Assembly: GCF_964204645.1 (NCBI RefSeq)
Contig: NC_134030.1
Span: 20,606,210 to 20,670,209, forward strand
Length of the DNA stretch: 64,000 bases
Direction of reading: 5' to 3'
Origin: Tubulanus polymorphus
Taxonomy: Eukaryota > Animalia > Nemertea
Shown: positions 61,243 to 64,000 of the stretch, piece after piece
Numbering within the stretch: position 1 is the first letter of the stretch
How the letters are laid out: each line of letters starts with the position of its first letter
The notes under the pieces: generated by a model
What the model was told of the DNA's origin: nothing
Databases searched by the model: none
What the model saw: only the letters and a program-made list of their open reading frames with translations
Position numbers and translations under genes: made by a program

Positions 61243-64000
61243 GGGGTTATAGTGCAGAGATATAAATGTAAGTAGTGAACTACATTATCTAAACTTAATC
61301 AATATGAAAAGCATTCTCACACGAGTCCTTCGAGCAGAAATTGACCTATTGATCTGAGCGTCAATGATACCAGGTTAAGATAAAATGCTAAATACTGCTA
61401 AACGTGATTTTTTCCATTACATTTCAGGAACTCAAAGATTCAAGTGCTAGTACAAGTACTGAACACCCAAGAGGTAGTCGGGCCAAAATACCGATGAATT
61501 TCATTTATTGTAAACTTCTGCAAAAATAAAATGTCTAATAGACGGAAACATGATAAATTGTCGTTACCGATTGATACTGAAAAGAAATTTTGCGAACATC
61601 GGATATTCGTCACTCAAACCCGATCTTGCAAACCCCAGAGCGCAATACCTCGAAATAAGTCGTTTCAGCGCTCGTCCAAGTTAGCATTTTAGTATTCTAC
61701 ACTGCTTGACATGCCGGAGAAGGATCAATGTAACTTATGCATTCGCTGAAATAGAATGTTGAAATTCTAGAATTTGGGGGAAAACTGATGTGAGTCGACG
61801 CCAAACTAACAGCCACAAGGGGTCTGGAGAGACTAAAGTATCCATCAAAACAGTCGAGATTTGTTGTTACTTTTGCGCCGTTGTATTGATTTAAATGGCT
61901 GTTAGGTTGATTACTAATGCTAATATGAGAGACGTCTTTGCATACTTTGTTTGCGATGATAGTCAGTAAATTGCCGATGATGATCCGTAGTTCAAACCCG
62001 GGAGTGGAAGTGAGTCAAAAAGCTCAAAACTCTGAAATTACCAAAAGTTAGTCTCCATTGCATTTTAGTTATGTTATATCTAGAGTTATTGGCTTATTTC
62101 ATTCGAGACAAGTTTTTGCAGTTTGACCTCATTCCTGAGTTATTACGAGGTCACATCAGTTACGTTGCTCGATAACGAGTCTTAACTTCCTAGTTTTGTC
62201 GCTAGATGGTGCACTGGGACCATCATTTGCACTGCACAACTTGACTAATGGACAAGTATATGTAACCAAGTTTAATGAAGATCGAATCGCTATAATTTAG
62301 AAGCTTAGTAGATGATATACATACACAAATAAACATGGCCACACAATGGTCTCACTGAAGACCGAGAACCAGAGATTTCAACATTAAAAACATTTCATAA
62401 TGGAACTGAAGAAGAACCTTGCATAGGATGAGGTGGCACCAGAAAGTTGCTGTAAAACCAACTTAAAGAATCAAATATGGTTCGAATACCCATTGACGGC
62501 ATAAACGGACATCGTGAGAACGATAAAAAACGATCGATAAGCGAAGTTACATTTTTTATTCCCTCAACCTGCAATATTCATAAATTCTGATCAGAATGAT
62601 GTAGAACACAGCTGGCTGGATTTTATTATCCAGTTTTTTTCTCACCGACTTGATATTGCCTTTTGACTGAATCGGTTTTTAAGACAGTTCAACTCAAATC
62701 CAATCATAATGTGATAGAGCTAATAGCAGGACAATAATTGAAGACCTACGACCGATGCACAGTAAGATATTACAACCGATCACCGAAATAAGTTTTTACT
62801 GATTGACTGTCATATTAATGGAAAACGTAACGGTGTTCTGGGCAAAACAACCTTAAACGAATGAACAAACTAGAATGCACAAAGTCACAGCCGTCTAAGG
62901 GATATACCTGAAACGGAAAATAGAAAGATTCAAATAGGGTTCGAAGGGATCGGATCATGCGTAACTGGAAATGATTGGGGAAGGGTGGCACAATTGAGAA
63001 TGAGAAAGATTTTAGATTAAAAAGTCAATTTCTCTAAGTAAAACTCGCTTCCATAGTCAGTTTGTTACGACAATGATTCTTTCAACAGCGTGAAACAACC
63101 ATCGTACTAGCTCATATTACTATCAAATTTTTCCTTCGATTGTATCAGAAAGCATCTATACTGTTTCCCTTTCAATTAAGCGCATTTACTCATCGACCCG
63201 ATCAGCTTCGCTGGATTTAGTGCTATGTGTGGTCAATTATATGAAAATGAGATATACGTAAAAGAACCGTATCAACTCACCTCAATTCGTGTCGAAAAAA
63301 TGAAGGCTATTCATCGGACACAGTTTTACATGTTTTTGTCACTGAATTAACCACACCTGTATCATGCAATTGATGATTATGCTTCATCGAGGACATATCC
63401 AGAGACATGTGTCACGACGATTATCATCAATGATTACGGGCGCGTGTCCTTCGTATGACAACGGTTGGTTTCAAAGTTCCGTAGTGCCAGATAGCAGCAT
63501 TTTCCCAAATCCACGTGAAGCCACTTTAACCATATTTGAGTTGAGTTGACCGTAAGAATGCCATTGCCTGCGGTTCATCCGTAAAACTGTGGAGTAGATA
63601 ACGAAATAGTTAATATTAGATAAATCAGTGAAACCCCTAACTATTTTCGTCGAGTCAAAATAGGATATGCGCTTTCTTCTTGGAAATTGGGAATGCATTG
63701 ACAAAGTTACCAACGTCATAATGACGAATCAACTTCGAGCTCAAGTTTATTATCAATAACATATAAGCAAAGAAACAAAAAAGATATAGCTTGAAACTTA
63801 CAACGAGCCTTAAGTGTTGGCCAAGCGCAGTTCGAAGATCGTTATTGCGAGCATCAAATTCGAGGGAAATGTTCAAAAGAAAATTACACTAGGATTACAG
63901 GATTTAGGATTACAATTGAAATCCTTTTGTATCTATTTTAACTTTTTTAGGAGATAAGTTGTATGTTCGGTAAATTCGGGATTAGATTTCATTCCAATGG

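Larger units (their letters stand above)
50700..64000 (+). repeat. Tandem segmental duplication units of about 4.3-4.8 kb (about 50700-55450, 55450-59710, 59710-64000), each with one GY gene and homologous spacer
   Basis: Spacer blocks recur in order, e.g. agttgctgtaaaacca at about 53126, 57676 and 62445, and attcatcggacacagttttacatgtt at about 54381, 59053 and 63309. Confidence 0.85.

Overview
This is AT-rich, intron-containing eukaryotic DNA. It is probably from a lophotrochozoan invertebrate, inferred from the AChBP and ApCAM/Fas2-like genes. The supplied ORF track is mostly exon fragments and repeat artefacts, so I rebuilt gene models by hand from GT-AG sites and exon phase. Left to right: (1) a 16-exon DBH-like/MOXD1 copper monooxygenase with two tandem DOMON domains and an intronic tRNA-Pro(TGG); (2) a single-coding-exon SLC18/VMAT-VAChT-like MFS transporter that has lost the canonical acidic residues; (3) an atypical secreted C-type lectin and a small secreted Cys-containing protein; (4) on the minus strand, a soluble acetylcholine-binding protein (AChBP) directly downstream of an NCAM/Fas2-like gene that shows only two Ig domains. 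These two genes share a duplicated signal-peptide exon, and the Ig2 exon is phase-compatible with AChBP exon 2, so an Ig-Ig-AChBP chimera is possible; (5) two tandem PAN + LamG-like genes, the second with a decayed first exon; (6) from 43 kb to the end, a tandem cluster of five secreted Gly/Tyr-rich proteins. Four are polyanionic and one is Arg-rich and cationic, and all share an E-box-N6-TGATTCAT-TATA promoter, which suggests a co-regulated coacervate-type structural or adhesive secretion system. Repeats include Penelope-type palindromic insertions carrying minimal hammerhead ribozymes, tRNA-derived SINEs, MITEs, a 109-bp satellite, 44-bp and 51-bp tandem arrays, and microsatellites.
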